Positions 1-12,153 of a stretch of 64,000 nt of DNA are shown one piece after another; the stretch's first letter is position 1, and each line of letters starts with the position of its first letter. The notes under the pieces were generated by a model. The model was not told where the DNA came from. It did no database searches and worked only from the letters and a program-made list of their open reading frames with translations. The stretch is from Camelus ferus (taxonomy: Eukaryota), in assembly GCF_009834535.1 (NCBI RefSeq), contig NC_045697.1, positions 77,316,001-77,380,000 of the forward strand, given 5' to 3'. Both the position numbers and the translations under genes were made by a program.

Positions 1-1689
1 TTAAAATGGCCTTTCTAACAAAAATAGTATCCATTCATTTAGAGATAATTCAGAGATATGTTAAATCTAAATAAACTCTAGAACCCTTAGCTCATAATGA
101 ATTTATTATCCAAGTCTTTCCTGTCTTGGTAAATGGCAACTACATTCTTCTTTTGGCTCAGGCCAAACCCTTCAGAGTCATCCTCAACTGGCCTTTCTCC
201 TCGGGACCTTTACACTCACCGTTCCCTCGGCCTGGACTGTTCTTCCCCTAGATCATCACAGTATCACCTTCACCATTTCAGATTTCTTCTAAGGTATTAT
301 CTTATCCATGAGGCCTTCCCTGAACAACCTATTTAAAAGAGTAACCTGCCTCCCAACACTGCCACGGCTGTTTCCCCTGCTTTACTGAGAAGCCACTGGC
401 ACACTTCAGACCCACACACACTGCAGACGTGGCTAATTTTACTTGTTCTTCAATTTGCTGTCTCTCCCCACCAGAATGTAAGCTCCATGGACAGGAATTT
501 TGTCTGTTTTGTTCACTGCCAAGTCTCCAGTTGGTAGGAACACCTGACACATAACAGGCACTCAAATATTTGTTTAATGAATGGGGATGACTAAGTAAAA
601 CTATGGCATCTGCCTCAGGAAAGGCAACCATTTCATCTTCAAGTTATTCACTTATGCCTCCTAATAAGTTCCACAAGGACAAAAACATCCTTCCTGATTG
701 AATACCGGTGGTAACATTTAGGCACAATTTTAAGAAGGAATGATATTTAGCACTTCATTGCATACAACATATAGCTCATTTTTTCCTTCCAATAACAGAA
801 AACTAGAAATTATTATAAGAATTACAGGCAGCAGGCTGCATCACAGTTTTACATGACATAGGTTCCTTTTAAATTCACCTACATACAGTCTGGTTTTACC
901 ATTAAAGTCATTAAGTTCCCTATTATTTTGAGCTGCCAAGTATTAAATTAACTAGGCCCAGGCTTTGTCCACTTTTATTGGAAACATGACCTCCCAAGTA
1001 CTATTTTGAATTTCAAGAAGTCCAAGTACTTTATCTGAATTATTACATTTAAGCATTCAAAAAAGTCAACTGTTTCAAAAGAAAGATCTCTGCCTGAAAT
1101 ACTGAGTGATTATTACCAACAATGCCACTGAACAAGTTCTCAGATTCAAACAGAATCAAAGTCAAAAACTATAAAAAAAACTAAATCAAAATAATAATAT
1201 TAATAGCAACTAACCATAAGGAGGCAGCGTCACTGGTATCTGGGAGAAAAAAATTCCTATTAAGTATTGATAGAATCATTTTCTTGAAGAGTTATCAGAA
1301 CTCTTTCTCAACAACAGAGTACACCAAAAGTCTATACAAAGGTCGCAATTTATTTTCTGTAGCTTTGCAGGAAAAAAAGAATGTTTAAACCAATTCTTAA
1401 GTTAAAAGAGCATGACTTTAAAATTCTCGGTATGTTTTGCATGTTCAGCTGAGTAATTTAAAGGAGCTAAAACACAGAGTTAAAACCAATCTGTTTCACT
1501 TCATCCCTATAATACACGTATGTCACTAAGTTCTTGGGCAACTTTCCTGCAATTGCAAAAAAAAAAAAAACCAAACCGTAATTCAGAAGCAATGAACAAC
1601 AACGGAGAGTACACTCTCAGGTGATCTGCCACGTTCTAACAATAGTGGTGAGAACCTGTAAGCAAGATTCTGGCAGTGGTTAAGTTTTC

Positions 1690-2400
1690 CCACGGCCAGA
1701 GGACACCGCCAAGGTCTGCCCGGCACCTACGCCTCCATGACCCTCGGTCCCCCCAACAGCGCTGAAAGCACGGGCCTCGCAGGGCCTGGGTTCCCTCTTA
1801 CCGTCACTGCACTTGTGCTGGCAGAGCCCGTCCTCGCCTCCCAGGAGGTCCAAGGCGGCGTTTAGGTACGTGTCTATCTTGTGGACGCCGTTCCGGATGG
1901 TCTTCAAGGGTGGCCCTCCAGTCGGTGGTCTGGGCCTGCTCCTGGCACGTGAAAGCGGCGGTCAGGAGGAGGAGGAGGAGGGTGAGCGCAGGCCGCGGGA
2001 GCGCGGCCATCCGAGCAGCGCCCGGCCGCGCCGGGCCTCACGGGTCCCCGGAGCCGCGTGACGGCCGCACCCCCACGGAGCCCTCGGGACGCCCTAGGCA
2101 GCGGCGCGGGCCCGGGACTCGGAGGCGGCGGCCGGTTCCATGCCCACGCCTCCTGCCCCGCTGGGAGGCGGGCCCTCGCCGCCTGCAGTGAGCTCCCGGA
2201 GCCGACTGTGCAGTCGCCGCGATGCTCCGCGCGGCGCACGCGCTCACCTGCGCCGGCCGCTCCCCTGTGCGCCTGCGCCGGAGCGTGGTGCGTCAGAGGC
2301 GCGCGGGAGGCGGGAACGCGGAGCGGCCGCGGCGACCACCGCGCCCACGTGGTAGTCTCGGCGTGCCGCAGAGGCTGTCCCACCTGGCCCGCGTTAGTAC
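1690..2400. promoter_or_regulatory. CpG island / PLA2G12A promoter
   Basis: Very GC- and CpG-rich tract over exon 1. NRF1-like TGCGCCTGCGC at 2268-2278 and E-box CACGTG at 2346-2351. Confidence 0.88.
1802..2010 (-). CDS. PLA2G12A: Group XIIA secretory phospholipase A2, coding exon 1 (apparent +1 frameshift at about 1906-1910; rest of gene lies left of the window)
   Basis: ATG at 2010. One frame gives MAALPRPALTLLLLLLTAAFTCQEQAQTTDWRATL and a second frame continues KTIRNGVHKIDTYLNAALDLLGGEDGLCQHKCSDG, together matching the PLA2G12A N-terminus. Donor G|GTAAGA at 1801. Synteny with CFI and GAR1. Confidence 0.96.
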
Positions 2401-2529
2401 TACCTGAGGAGATGATTGTACTAACTGAATACTCTTGCCCAGCCCAATACCCCAGGGAGGCTAATTAAGTTCGTCCTGGTGTCAGTGGGCAGGGGTATTT
2501 TTTAAATCTCCCTGGGTAGTTACAGCGTG

Positions 2530-2543
2530 CCGCCAGGTGGCGA
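2530..2543 (+). promoter_or_regulatory. Candidate CTCF-binding site
   Basis: CCGCCAGGTGGCGA closely matches the CTCF core (CCASYAGRKGGCR-like) at the edge of the CpG island. Confidence 0.6.
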
Positions 2544-5403
2544 CACCCCGTGACCTCATCTGACCTGTCGGGTGCAGCCCAGCCACTTAGAGGGACAAGC
2601 TTTTCTGGATGCAGACAATGTCTGAGAGAAATGAGCTCCCGCAGCCCCTTACAGAGAGCGCTGCGAGGGGTCCCCTGAATTGCTGGTTTGGAATCGTGAT
2701 TCTGCCTGATATGTGAGCTGAATCCACATCTCACCTCCTCGCCTGGTCCTCTTCAACTGAGGTGGCCGCGGTTGGAGAATCAGGGAGCTGGAACATGTCA
2801 ACCCAAGGCCATGGCGGTGCCTGGCTGAGAAGGATGAGCTAAATGCTGATTTAGAAATTTTGAAGAAGAAAATGGTTTGACAATAAAAATCATGAGTTCT
2901 TCCCTGGTAAGGGAGAAGTAGTACTCTGCACTTGAATGCAGTTGGGGGGGGGGGGGGAGGAAATCCGTTTTCCTACTCAAGATATTTTGTAACTTGATAG
3001 CTACAGTGACATTTCTCTGTATTTTTTCCCAGTGCTGAGCAGAATCCTTAAAAAATAACTGCAGTAATTTTTACCAGCGCTATAAATATCTGGTAATCAT
3101 AATATCCCAGCAGTCACCAAGAATTTTACTGTATGATCCAGGGCAATATTGCAAGTGTTGAGAATAGATATGTCTTTTCTATAAGAATTACTGGTAAATT
3201 TTAGTTTGGCATTTTGTGTTTGCAGTGAGCTTCATGGGTTTAGAACAAATTTGCAGTAAACCCCCCCCCCCTTTTCCCAGCAACTGTGAAGCTGGAGAGA
3301 TCCCTGCCAGAAAGAGGACACGGGGTCTAATTGTCCTTCCAGCCCCTCTCGGACCCTACCTGGAAGCCCCTCAATAAAATGATTTGATCCCTGCCCCACA
3401 AAATGTGCAGTGCAGATCTCATTAGAATTATATCCTTCTTTATTAAGAGGTTACTCTGTGCCAGGCATTTCAAGTACTGGATATCTCACATTCAAACACT
3501 GCTTTTCAGTAATACAGCCTTTGGATGAGTTAAAAACAGAAAAAAGGTGTGTCTCTCTCCCCAGACAGATGTAGCCTAACCACAGGCTGGGTTAGTGGAG
3601 AATGAAATGGCTTTAGTTTGCCCTCAGGTGCTCAGGCAGGCACCCTTGGGCTGTGATCAAGTCACACCACAGTGGAGGAAGAGGAGAAACATGCTTGGGA
3701 GGTATTATCGTTTTTACAGTAAAGGAGTTGAGGTGCCAGCAGAGAAGCCATGTGACAGTATCCAGTCAAATCAAGGCTTCTTTCTGCTCTCACAAGATGC
3801 CAGAGATTTTCTTCTTAATTTTTGGGCTGCAAATTTCAACACATTCAGAAAAGAAAATATAATATCTATTTTTTTAAGCTTTCTGAAACTTTGGTTTTCT
3901 CATCTTTAAAGCGTGGATGTTGGATTAGAGTACCTCTGAGATTCCACCTACATCCACCACCGGAACCCTTAAACCAGGCTTGGTTCTTTCAAATCTTCAG
4001 ATTCTTTCAATTCTTCAAGGAAACTCTCTGAAGGAAGCAGTGGAGATGTGGAAAGTGGTCATATTCTAGCTATAACTTGATGCCAGAGCCAACAGGATTT
4101 ATCAGTGGATTGACTATGGTGTATAAGGGAAAGCAAAGAATCAAGCATGATGTAGAGGTTTTGGCTTAAGCAATTGGAAGGATAAAGAGTCCTTACTAAC
4201 TAAAATGGGGAGGATTCCAAAAGGAGCAGATTTCAGGGAAAATTTAGAAGATTAATTTCAGACACACCATGTTTGAGAAGTTATTCTGAATGTGTAGTTC
4301 AGAAGTGGGATAAGAGCTAGAAATAAATTTGGAAGTCACCAGCACAGAAATCGCTTGTAAAGCCATGGGACTAGAGGAGGGCCTCTGAAAAGTGAGTGTG
4401 TAAAGAGAAGTAGAAACAAGGTCTAAGTTGTAGGAGGTCAGGTAACTAAGAATCAGTAAAAGAGACTATGAAGGAGCAGCCATGTGCAGCAGGCAAGTGT
4501 TATATTTCCGAGTGTCTAAGAAAGAACCATCAATTCAGCGGGGTGGGAGAAGATGAGGACAGGATATTGATCAGTGTATTTAATAACTTCACAAGAGACA
4601 TTTCTGTGGAATACTGGGGACAAAACACAATTGTATTCCGAGGAAGAAAAAATAGGAAGAGGAACTGGGGAAAGAAATTATTGTCAAAATTATCAAAATA
4701 AATTACAAAAATATAAAATATGTTGTTTCTGTGCTGATTCTTGTCTAAGTGATATAAACGCTCCTGGAAGGGGAACTTCTGGGTGGCTGAACCCAGGCTG
4801 CGTTTTCTATAGAGAGCTTCCCAGTACACTTATAAGCATAATCACTTAGATACACCTTCTAAAACCCCAGTGGTTCCTTCACTGTACATGGACATCATGG
4901 TATGTAATGGTACTAATGAAGTAAGGAAGAACAATTTATTGGGTTTAATGAAACACATTAACTCAGAATGCTTGGAAATGAAGATATTATGCAATCCTTT
5001 GGGTTGTGTGAAATAACACAGAATCAACAAAATACAGATGATCAAGGGCAGTTTCTAATTGTCAGTCTTTTCCAGTGTCTCACTAAATGGTCTCAGCAGT
5101 GTTATTGTGCTGAAAATAAATGCCACGTGGTGAAATAATCCCAACCATAATGATCAATCTCTGCCTAGTGCTAAGGCTGGAAAGTTAGTTTCTAAAAGGG
5201 GCTCATATTAAGGGGAAATAAGTGCTAAGTTCCAGCCTCTGCCTTTAAAAAAAAAAAATCAATGGCTGAATAGCTTTCCAGCTGGGGATGAAGTGAATGA
5301 CAAGAAATGGCTGCATAAACTATGAACAAGGGCTGGTTCCATGATTTGTTGAAGGTAATGACTCTTTGCTTGGAGAGGTCTATTATCACACAAATTTGAT
5401 CAG

Positions 5404-6224
5404 TGTCTTAGTCTGTTTGGGCTGCTATAATAAAATACCATAGACTGGGTGGCTTATAAACAATAGAAGCTTATTTCTCACAGTGCTGGAGGCTGGAAGT
5501 TCAAGCCAGTATGGTGGGATTATGGAGAAAGCCCTCTTCGGGGTTGTAGACTGCTAACTTTTTGCTATGTTCTCATATGGTGGAAGAGGTGTGGGATCTC
5601 TAGGGTCTCTTTTATAAGAATACAAGTCCCATTCATGAAGGTTCCAACCTTGTGACCTAAACACCTCCCAAAGACCCGAGATTCCTAAAACCATCACACT
5701 GGGCATTAGGGTTTCAACATATAAATTTTGAGAAGTTAACCTAAAACAAGAAAACAGTCAGTTATGTGACCAGCAAAACAGGTTTATTCAGAAAAAGCAA
5801 AGAATTTCAATTCAGGACATGCTTCTATGGCCAACCATATGCAAGTCCACATGCAAGCAAAGGAAAGGAAACTCTTTTATAGGAGAGAAGGGGAGGTTGG
5901 GAGGAGCTGTTATAAACAAAAAGTCCATTGGAGGAAACTAAGGGTTTGAAGTATAGTAGCTTTTCATTGGCTGAGTTGTGACAGTCTCTCATTGGCTCAG
6001 CTGTTGCACCGCAAGAAGAAAATCTTTTCCCTCCTGCTGGCAGTAGTAAAGTAGTGTCATTTCCTGCTGGAAATGTAAAGTAGTCTTTTCCTGTTGGGAT
6101 CTGTACTATTGATTGATATATGGAGTGGTATGTGTGTGAGAGCTTGCCCTTCTGACTTCCCATTTTAGTGAGATTTCCCTTTTTTAATTTTCACAGGGTG
6201 GACACAAACATTCAGACTATAACA
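5404..6224 (-). mobile_element. MaLR LTR (MLT1A-like) interrupted by a second LTR at about 5729-6195
   Basis: Starts TGTCTTAGTCTGTTTGGGCTGCTATAA...AGACTGGGTGGCTTATAAACAA, breaks after TTTCAACATATAAATTT and resumes GGGTGGACACAAACATTCAGACTATAACA. Confidence 0.8.
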
Positions 6225-7248
6225 ATCAGGGAGAGAGATTTTCAAGTGATCTTTGTAGATAGATGTATGATTACTTGGCACTCAGAATGAGCACTTGGAG
6301 AAGATGGAAAGGAAACTGCTTAGGTAAGATTGCATTTTTAGACCATCAGAATCAATTTAGGTGTGTGGTTTTTCTACGTAGAGTTTCAGGCTACTTTCAC
6401 ATCTCTGGTTGATTTTTAACTTCTTATTTTCTACCGCATACTATATATCTTCCCTGGGCTCCCAGAGACAGCACAGCTTCAAGACATCCTTAACTAACTA
6501 AACCTACTTCTTTTCCTCTCTTCCCTTTATTTCTGCAATCAATGGCAACATCAATCACCCCATTATCCAAGATAAAACCTGGGAATTATTCTAGACCCCA
6601 TCCCACTCTGTCATCTCTTCTGTCCCCAGATGTCATCTATTTCACTCCTTAGCATATCTAGAACCAGTGCTATCACCTTTAAAAGTGCCCTGCTTTGGTT
6701 TCTAAGTTCATCATTTTTCATTTGTATTACTCCAGTAATCTCTTAATTCTCTTCCCTACCTCATCTCACCCCCTCCAATACATCTTCCTTGATGCCTCTA
6801 GCATGAACTTTCCAAAGTCCTTCAGTGGTGCTAACTCTGGCATGAGGCCCTCCGTAATTTGGCTTTTCCTCCCTCTCCAGCTCCTCAGCTGTGCCCTGGG
6901 CTCCAGTCATGTGGAACTGCTCTCTGTCCTCCTGAGGCTGAAGTTAGTTCCTCAAGCCACAGGGCTTTGCATTTGCATCTGCCTGGAAAGTTCTTCCTTA
7001 ATTCAGATTAGGCTCACCTTTGGGGAAGACTTCTTGTACTCTAAAGGCTGATTTATGAGTCTTCCATGAGGTTTCCTTACCATTGTATCTAGCAAAATAC
7101 AGATTTATAATTTATTTTTCCATCTCCCTCATAAGATGGTGAGTTCTGAGGCCAAGCTTAAATACGGTGATGGCAGAGCTCTGACGTCTTGTGAGCTCCA
7201 TTTGTTGACCACCTTCAGGGAAGACCATGCTAATTCTCAGAAGCATAA

Positions 7249-7310
7249 ATGGCAAAGGGTGAAGCAGCGATGGCAAAGGGTGAAGCAGCGATGGCAAGGG
7301 GTCAAGCAGC
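7249..7310. repeat. 21-bp tandem repeat, 3 copies, inside a probable LTR (about 7170-7610)
   Basis: ATGGCAAAGGGTGAAGCAGCG twice exactly plus one diverged copy. AATAAA near 7467. Confidence 0.85.
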
Positions 7311-7853
7311 AGTGCCCAGTGCCCCCTCTGCATTACAAGCTGTACATGGAGCCTGGGGCCCAAGCTGGTAGCTGTGGGATTCTCTGATGAGCAGGTCTAT
7401 GGTGGTCTCTGCAGCCTCCAACTCTCTAGCTTTTCAGGAGACTCTCTGAACTGCATGATATTCTTGAATAAATCTATTTTTTCATTAACCCAATTCCATT
7501 GGCTTCTGTGGTGTGTGAGCAGGAGCCCTCACACAGACCTGTGGGAGAGCCCCGGAGTCACATTATCCTCTCCTGCTGTTCCAGGTCTCTGCCACACGGG
7601 TTCGCTGTAGAGAAGCTGGCTCTTCATTCTTCATGCCCCATCCTGGTCCACGCTGTTGTGAGGCCTCCAGATCTTAGGTCACTGTGCGAACTGGTCCTTC
7701 CAAAGCCCACGATGCCACACCCTCCTAGATTAGCTGAATGTGCCCATGTGCTGGGTTTCTCAGCTTGCAACCCTTAGTACTCTTTTTTTTTGTCTCATAC
7801 ACAGATATCTGCTAAGGTGCCACATGCTTCAAGTTTGCTGGGTCAGGACAAGG

Positions 7854-8320
7854 TGATGGTTTTAAAACATGCCACAAATTCTTTGACACCCTTCCCAAAA
7901 AGAGATGGATTATAGTTCCTCCCCTAGAACCTGGTCAGGTCTTTGTGATGAAAGTGAGGCTAAGTGACTTCCCAGGCTGGGGTAAAATAGTCAGTGCAGG
8001 TTCTGCAGGAATCCCTGGGACAGCTGTCAGCTCCTCTGTAAGAAGTCTGGTGCCCCCGAGTCGCCATGTTGACAGCCCATGTGGAAACACCACATAGAGC
8101 ATAGAGAGAGATGACTGAGAACTCCAGCTGTTGAGTCCTCCCACCTAGGCAAGAGACATGTGAGTGGAGAAGCCTTGGAGATGATGCCTGTCCTAGCCTC
8201 GTCTGATGGCAGCTGGATGAGAGGGTGGAGGACTGCCCCACCAGCCCAGTCAGTCCCCGGGCGCAAGAGCAAAATCATAAACAAGTGCTATGTAAATCAC
8301 TGCACAGCCATAGAGAACCA
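7854..8320 (+). mobile_element. MaLR LTR (MLT1F/G-like)
   Basis: TGATGGTTTTAAAACATGCCACAAATTCTTTGACACC start and typical MLT1 body motifs. Confidence 0.65.
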
Positions 8321-9165
8321 AATACTCTCCTGAACTCAGTAACAAAAGGAATTAAAAATCTGGGCAGTATGGGAGGGGAGAAGGAGTTGCTGCTTATTGG
8401 GCACAGAGTTTCAGTCTGGGAAGATAAAAAATTTCTGGGGATGGTTGCATAAGAATATGAATATGCTTCATGCCACTGAACTGCACACTTCAAAATGGTT
8501 AAAATGGTAAAATTTTTGTTATGTATATTTTATCAAAATTTTTAAAAGCAAAAAACCTGGGCAGTAACTGATTTTGGAATATGTGTAGAAATGGGCATCA
8601 TATTATTAAAATTTATATTATTAAAACATTCATATTATTATTAAGGACTCTATCCAGGACTGGACCCCAGGTTTCGATGGTAATATTTATGTGAAAAATA
8701 TACCTTTGCCTTCAGGATGATGATAGCTGTGGTTTAAAAAAAAAGATAAAAGCAGCTAATGTTTATTCACTGAGCACCTTTTATGAACAAAGTGCTATGG
8801 GTGCCAATAGAAGGAAGACAAAATCTCTCAAGTGTCTTACGGTGGAGTGGGGGCAGGGGGCGCTAGCTGGGTGAGCATCGAGGGGGAGAGGTGGGCAAAT
8901 GAAAACAGAGTATGTTGGGTGATGACAAGCGCTACGCTGAGATTAAAGCAGGCTCATGAGATAGAGGGATGGTGTCCACTGCACTTTGGGGCCATAGGAT
9001 ATTAAGGAGGGAGGAACAGGTTTAAGAAGTGGCAGAGCTTTGGGTTGGCCTTGTTTCTTTGGAAATGCGATTAGATACCCAGAAGGAGGTGTTACGTACT
9101 CAGTGAGATACACAGCCTGGAGTTCCAGGAAAGGCTAGGGTTGGAGACGCGAATTTGTGAGTCAT

Positions 9166-9647
9166 TGTATAACTGAGCAGAACCCTATAGGGCCTTCCCA
9201 GGACAGACCCCTCCCCCATATCCTCTGCTTTAGCTCCTCTCGGAAGTACACTTCCTGAGTTGTTTTATAGGTGTTAAAACCCCCACCAAATGGGAGAAGT
9301 TAACTACGTGGTGACCACGAGCACGAGCTCGAAGCCCCCAGGCCTCCTGGAGCCTGAGGATTGATGTTAACGCCTTGTGACATCAACTGTTACATCATCA
9401 ACCAACCAGAGAATCGTAGTACATGAGCTGATCATAGACCCTGGGATGGCCCTCCCTCACCTGACCTTTAAAAATGCCTCCCTGAAACCCATCGGGGAGT
9501 TCAGGTGATTTGGGCATTAGCTGCCCTGGACTCCTTCCTTGTCTGGCGCCTTACAATAAATGCTGTACTTTCCTTCACCACAACCCGGTGTCAGTAGATT
9601 GGCTTTACTGCACTTGGGGGAGCAGACCCAAGTTTGGTTCGGTAACA
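9166..9647 (+). mobile_element. Solo ERV1-type LTR inserted in L2-like sequence
   Basis: About 480 bp with TATA-like TTTAAAAA near 9467, AATAAA near 9555 and end GTTTGGTTCGGTAACA. Imperfect terminal inverted repeat. Confidence 0.75.
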
Positions 9648-10257
9648 GTTTGACCGTGGTGGGATTTAAAGCTGAATCTAGGTGAGTTCACCAGCACAAA
9701 GTGAGAGAAATGACCAGAAGGAAGAGGCTGAGAAGAAGGCTAAGACCAGCAGGCCAGGCACAGAATGTGATGCCCTGAGGGGCTGACTACTGCTGCCTGG
9801 GGGCAGAGGAGGGTGAGAATGGTTAAGTGACTGTGAGGTTTGACACCAAGGAGGTCAGTGATTGTGCTGTAGTATCTGTGGAGAGGTCTAAAGAAAGGGT
9901 CAAGGAGAACTTCTGAAATGAGGAACTGAAGACCAGTTTTTCAAGAACTTTCAAGAGCTGTGAGGTCAGTCATTATGACAGGTATTATGCTAAACATTTT
10001 ACTTCAGGATGCAGCTTCATTTTCTCAAAATTCCAGTTTCCATTTTAAAGGTAGAAAATGAGACACAAAAAAAGACAGTAAATTGCCCAAGGCCAAGCAA
10101 TGAGTAGGCAGTAAAGCTGGGATTTGAATCATGCTTTTGTGAATCCACTGTCCTTCAACTACCTAACCCTTTAGTCCAGTCAATATAGCACTCCTAAATA
10201 AATAGATAATTTAACGTCATTTTCTAATAAATAAAATATGTATGATTGACTAAAATA

Positions 10258-10263
10258 TTTATT
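10258..10263 (-). terminator. CFI polyadenylation signal AATAAA
   Basis: TTTATT on the plus strand about 170 nt beyond the CFI stop codon. Confidence 0.65.
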
Positions 10264-10434
10264 TGAGAATTATACAGCAAAATTCCAATACAGCATAAAC
10301 TTCATAGAGACTTTTAAAAAATATCCAATAAAATTGTCTTTTTTTTTTCTCAAAGTACTAATTGTGCAGTATCATTTCAATTAAAATGGAATTCTTGAGA
10401 GGAAAAGAGCAGAAAGAAGAGAGAGATCATAGCT

Positions 10435-10652
10435 TCAAACATTGTACTGAGAAACAAGAGATCTTCCTACGTGAACGCTAATCCAGTCAAAATAATTGGC
10501 CACTTTGGTGTAAATGCCTGGGAACTCTGATTTTCCACAGTTTTCACCCCAACTCACAACACCCCAAACATAAGACACATTGTTGGCATCCTGACAGACT
10601 AAGGGGCCTCCAGAGTCCCCTTTACAAGCATCAGTGGAACCGTCATCTGTAC
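10435..10652 (-). CDS. CFI: Complement factor I, last coding exon (human exon 13 equivalent; catalytic Ser)
   Basis: Acceptor ctcag| at 10653-10654. Encodes [20 protein letters not shown]...[11 protein letters not shown], 218 nt, stop TGA at 10435-10437. Confidence 0.97.
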
Positions 10653-10979
10653 CTGAGAAAGACAAAGGAGAAAGAAAGTCACACACTTACTTCCACTTGT
10701 CAAGGCTGCCATGCTGACTACCTGCCTCTTCCACCAACGTCTGTACCAACTTCGACTTTTTTACCCTCTCCTGACAAGAAGTAAGACGCGCTGTCCCTCA
10801 CAGACCCTGGCTGGGCCCACAGAGCCGTAGAGATGCCGGGTGGGAAGTACTGTCTGTTCTACTCATTCTCCAAATTTAGCAAGTGCTCTCTATGCTTTCT
10901 CTCCTTTGTGGAAGTATTTACTATGATGAGTTAGCAATCTGAAAGTAGCATCAAAGACTGGGTGGGAAAATAATAGGAG

Positions 10980-11190
10980 TACCTAGTGCTTAATATGTAT
11001 TCATTGTTTTAATCCTCACCACAACCCTATGAGGTAAGTATCATTATCATCTCTTATTTTAAGATGAGACAAATAAGGCACAGAGGGGTTAACTAACTTG
11101 TCCAAGGTCATCTAGCTAATAAGTGGCAGAGCCTGGACTTGAACCCAGGCAGCCAGACCTCAGAGTTTGTCCTCTTAACTGCGATTCTGC
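10980..11190 (-). mobile_element. MIR SINE (representative; further MIRs near 11.7, 18.6, 32.75, 33.3, 34.5 and 61.25 kb)
   Basis: MIR core TTTTAAGATGAGACAAATAAGGCACAGAGGGGTTAACTAACTTGTCCAAGGTCA. Confidence 0.8.
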
Positions 11191-12048
11191 CCCCTGGTAG
11201 ATTTTGCGCTATTCTCCCTTTTTGTCCTCTGTAATCCTGAACTCCGTTTTAAGATGTGAGGGCACAGGGAATGGTCTGCTAACTTTCTTTTCACTCTAAT
11301 GACTTCCTAAGATTTTTAAATCACTGTATCCAAGAAGTTATAGGATGCCAGTAACTCTGCCTTGTTCTGTAATCCACAATGTATAAGTGGTTTCAGTAGA
11401 GCATCTGAAATGCTCTATGCTGGCGGGGACCCTGCCTTTGAGTCAGCACCCGAAGTACCGACTGCTGTAGTTGTGTTAGCCAGGGGCAGTGGCTTCTCTA
11501 TGATATTAAAGGAGAGAGTGGCAGGTATTGTAAGAAGTGCAATGGGATTTCCAAGGAGGGAGAATTTACTTCCAAATGGATGAATTTGAAATGAGGTTAT
11601 TTGGATTTTTATTTACAAGAGGTTTGGGTTGGGTCCTGGATATACCACTTCTTGTCTGTGAGGCGTGGGCAGCTGATGTAGCTGCTCTGCGTGTCACTTT
11701 CCTCATCTGTGAAGATCACCAATTTTGCAGATGAGGAAACTTGCTCAAAGTCACACCAATTGCAACCGGTAAAAACCAGAATATAAACCCAGGCAGTCTG
11801 GTTCCAGAGTCTGTGCTCTTAGTCACCTGGCTATACTGCTATGCAATAGCTTAACGAAGATTCTTCCTCTGGGTAGTAAGTTGTGGGAACTTGAGCTGAG
11901 GGGAAGGGACTGAAAGAGTTTGATGATGCAACAGCTAGAAGGCCAAAGGAAAGGGTTTGAGGCCCTGAGCAGGGGGTGACAAGGTGGGGAGGGAGAGGAG
12001 TTTGGTAGTGGGTATGGCGACATCTCCTAGAAGCCCCTCAGTACTTAC

Positions 12049-12153
12049 CTGCACACACCATTTCTTTTTCAAAGTAGCGATTTGAATAAAACTTAGAGCA
12101 GTTGTCTATTAGATGAACTTCACCCCACTTAAGTGAATAGACTTTTTTGTCAT
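12049..12153 (-). CDS. CFI: CFI exon 12 equivalent (serine protease domain)
   Basis: tttag|...|gtaagt, 105 nt, [35 protein letters not shown]. Confidence 0.96.

Noticed and set aside
1813..2734. Many overlapping Arg/Pro/Gly/Ala-rich ORFs on both strands
   Set aside because: Stop-codon scarcity in a CpG island. Only the PLA2G12A frames match a known protein.
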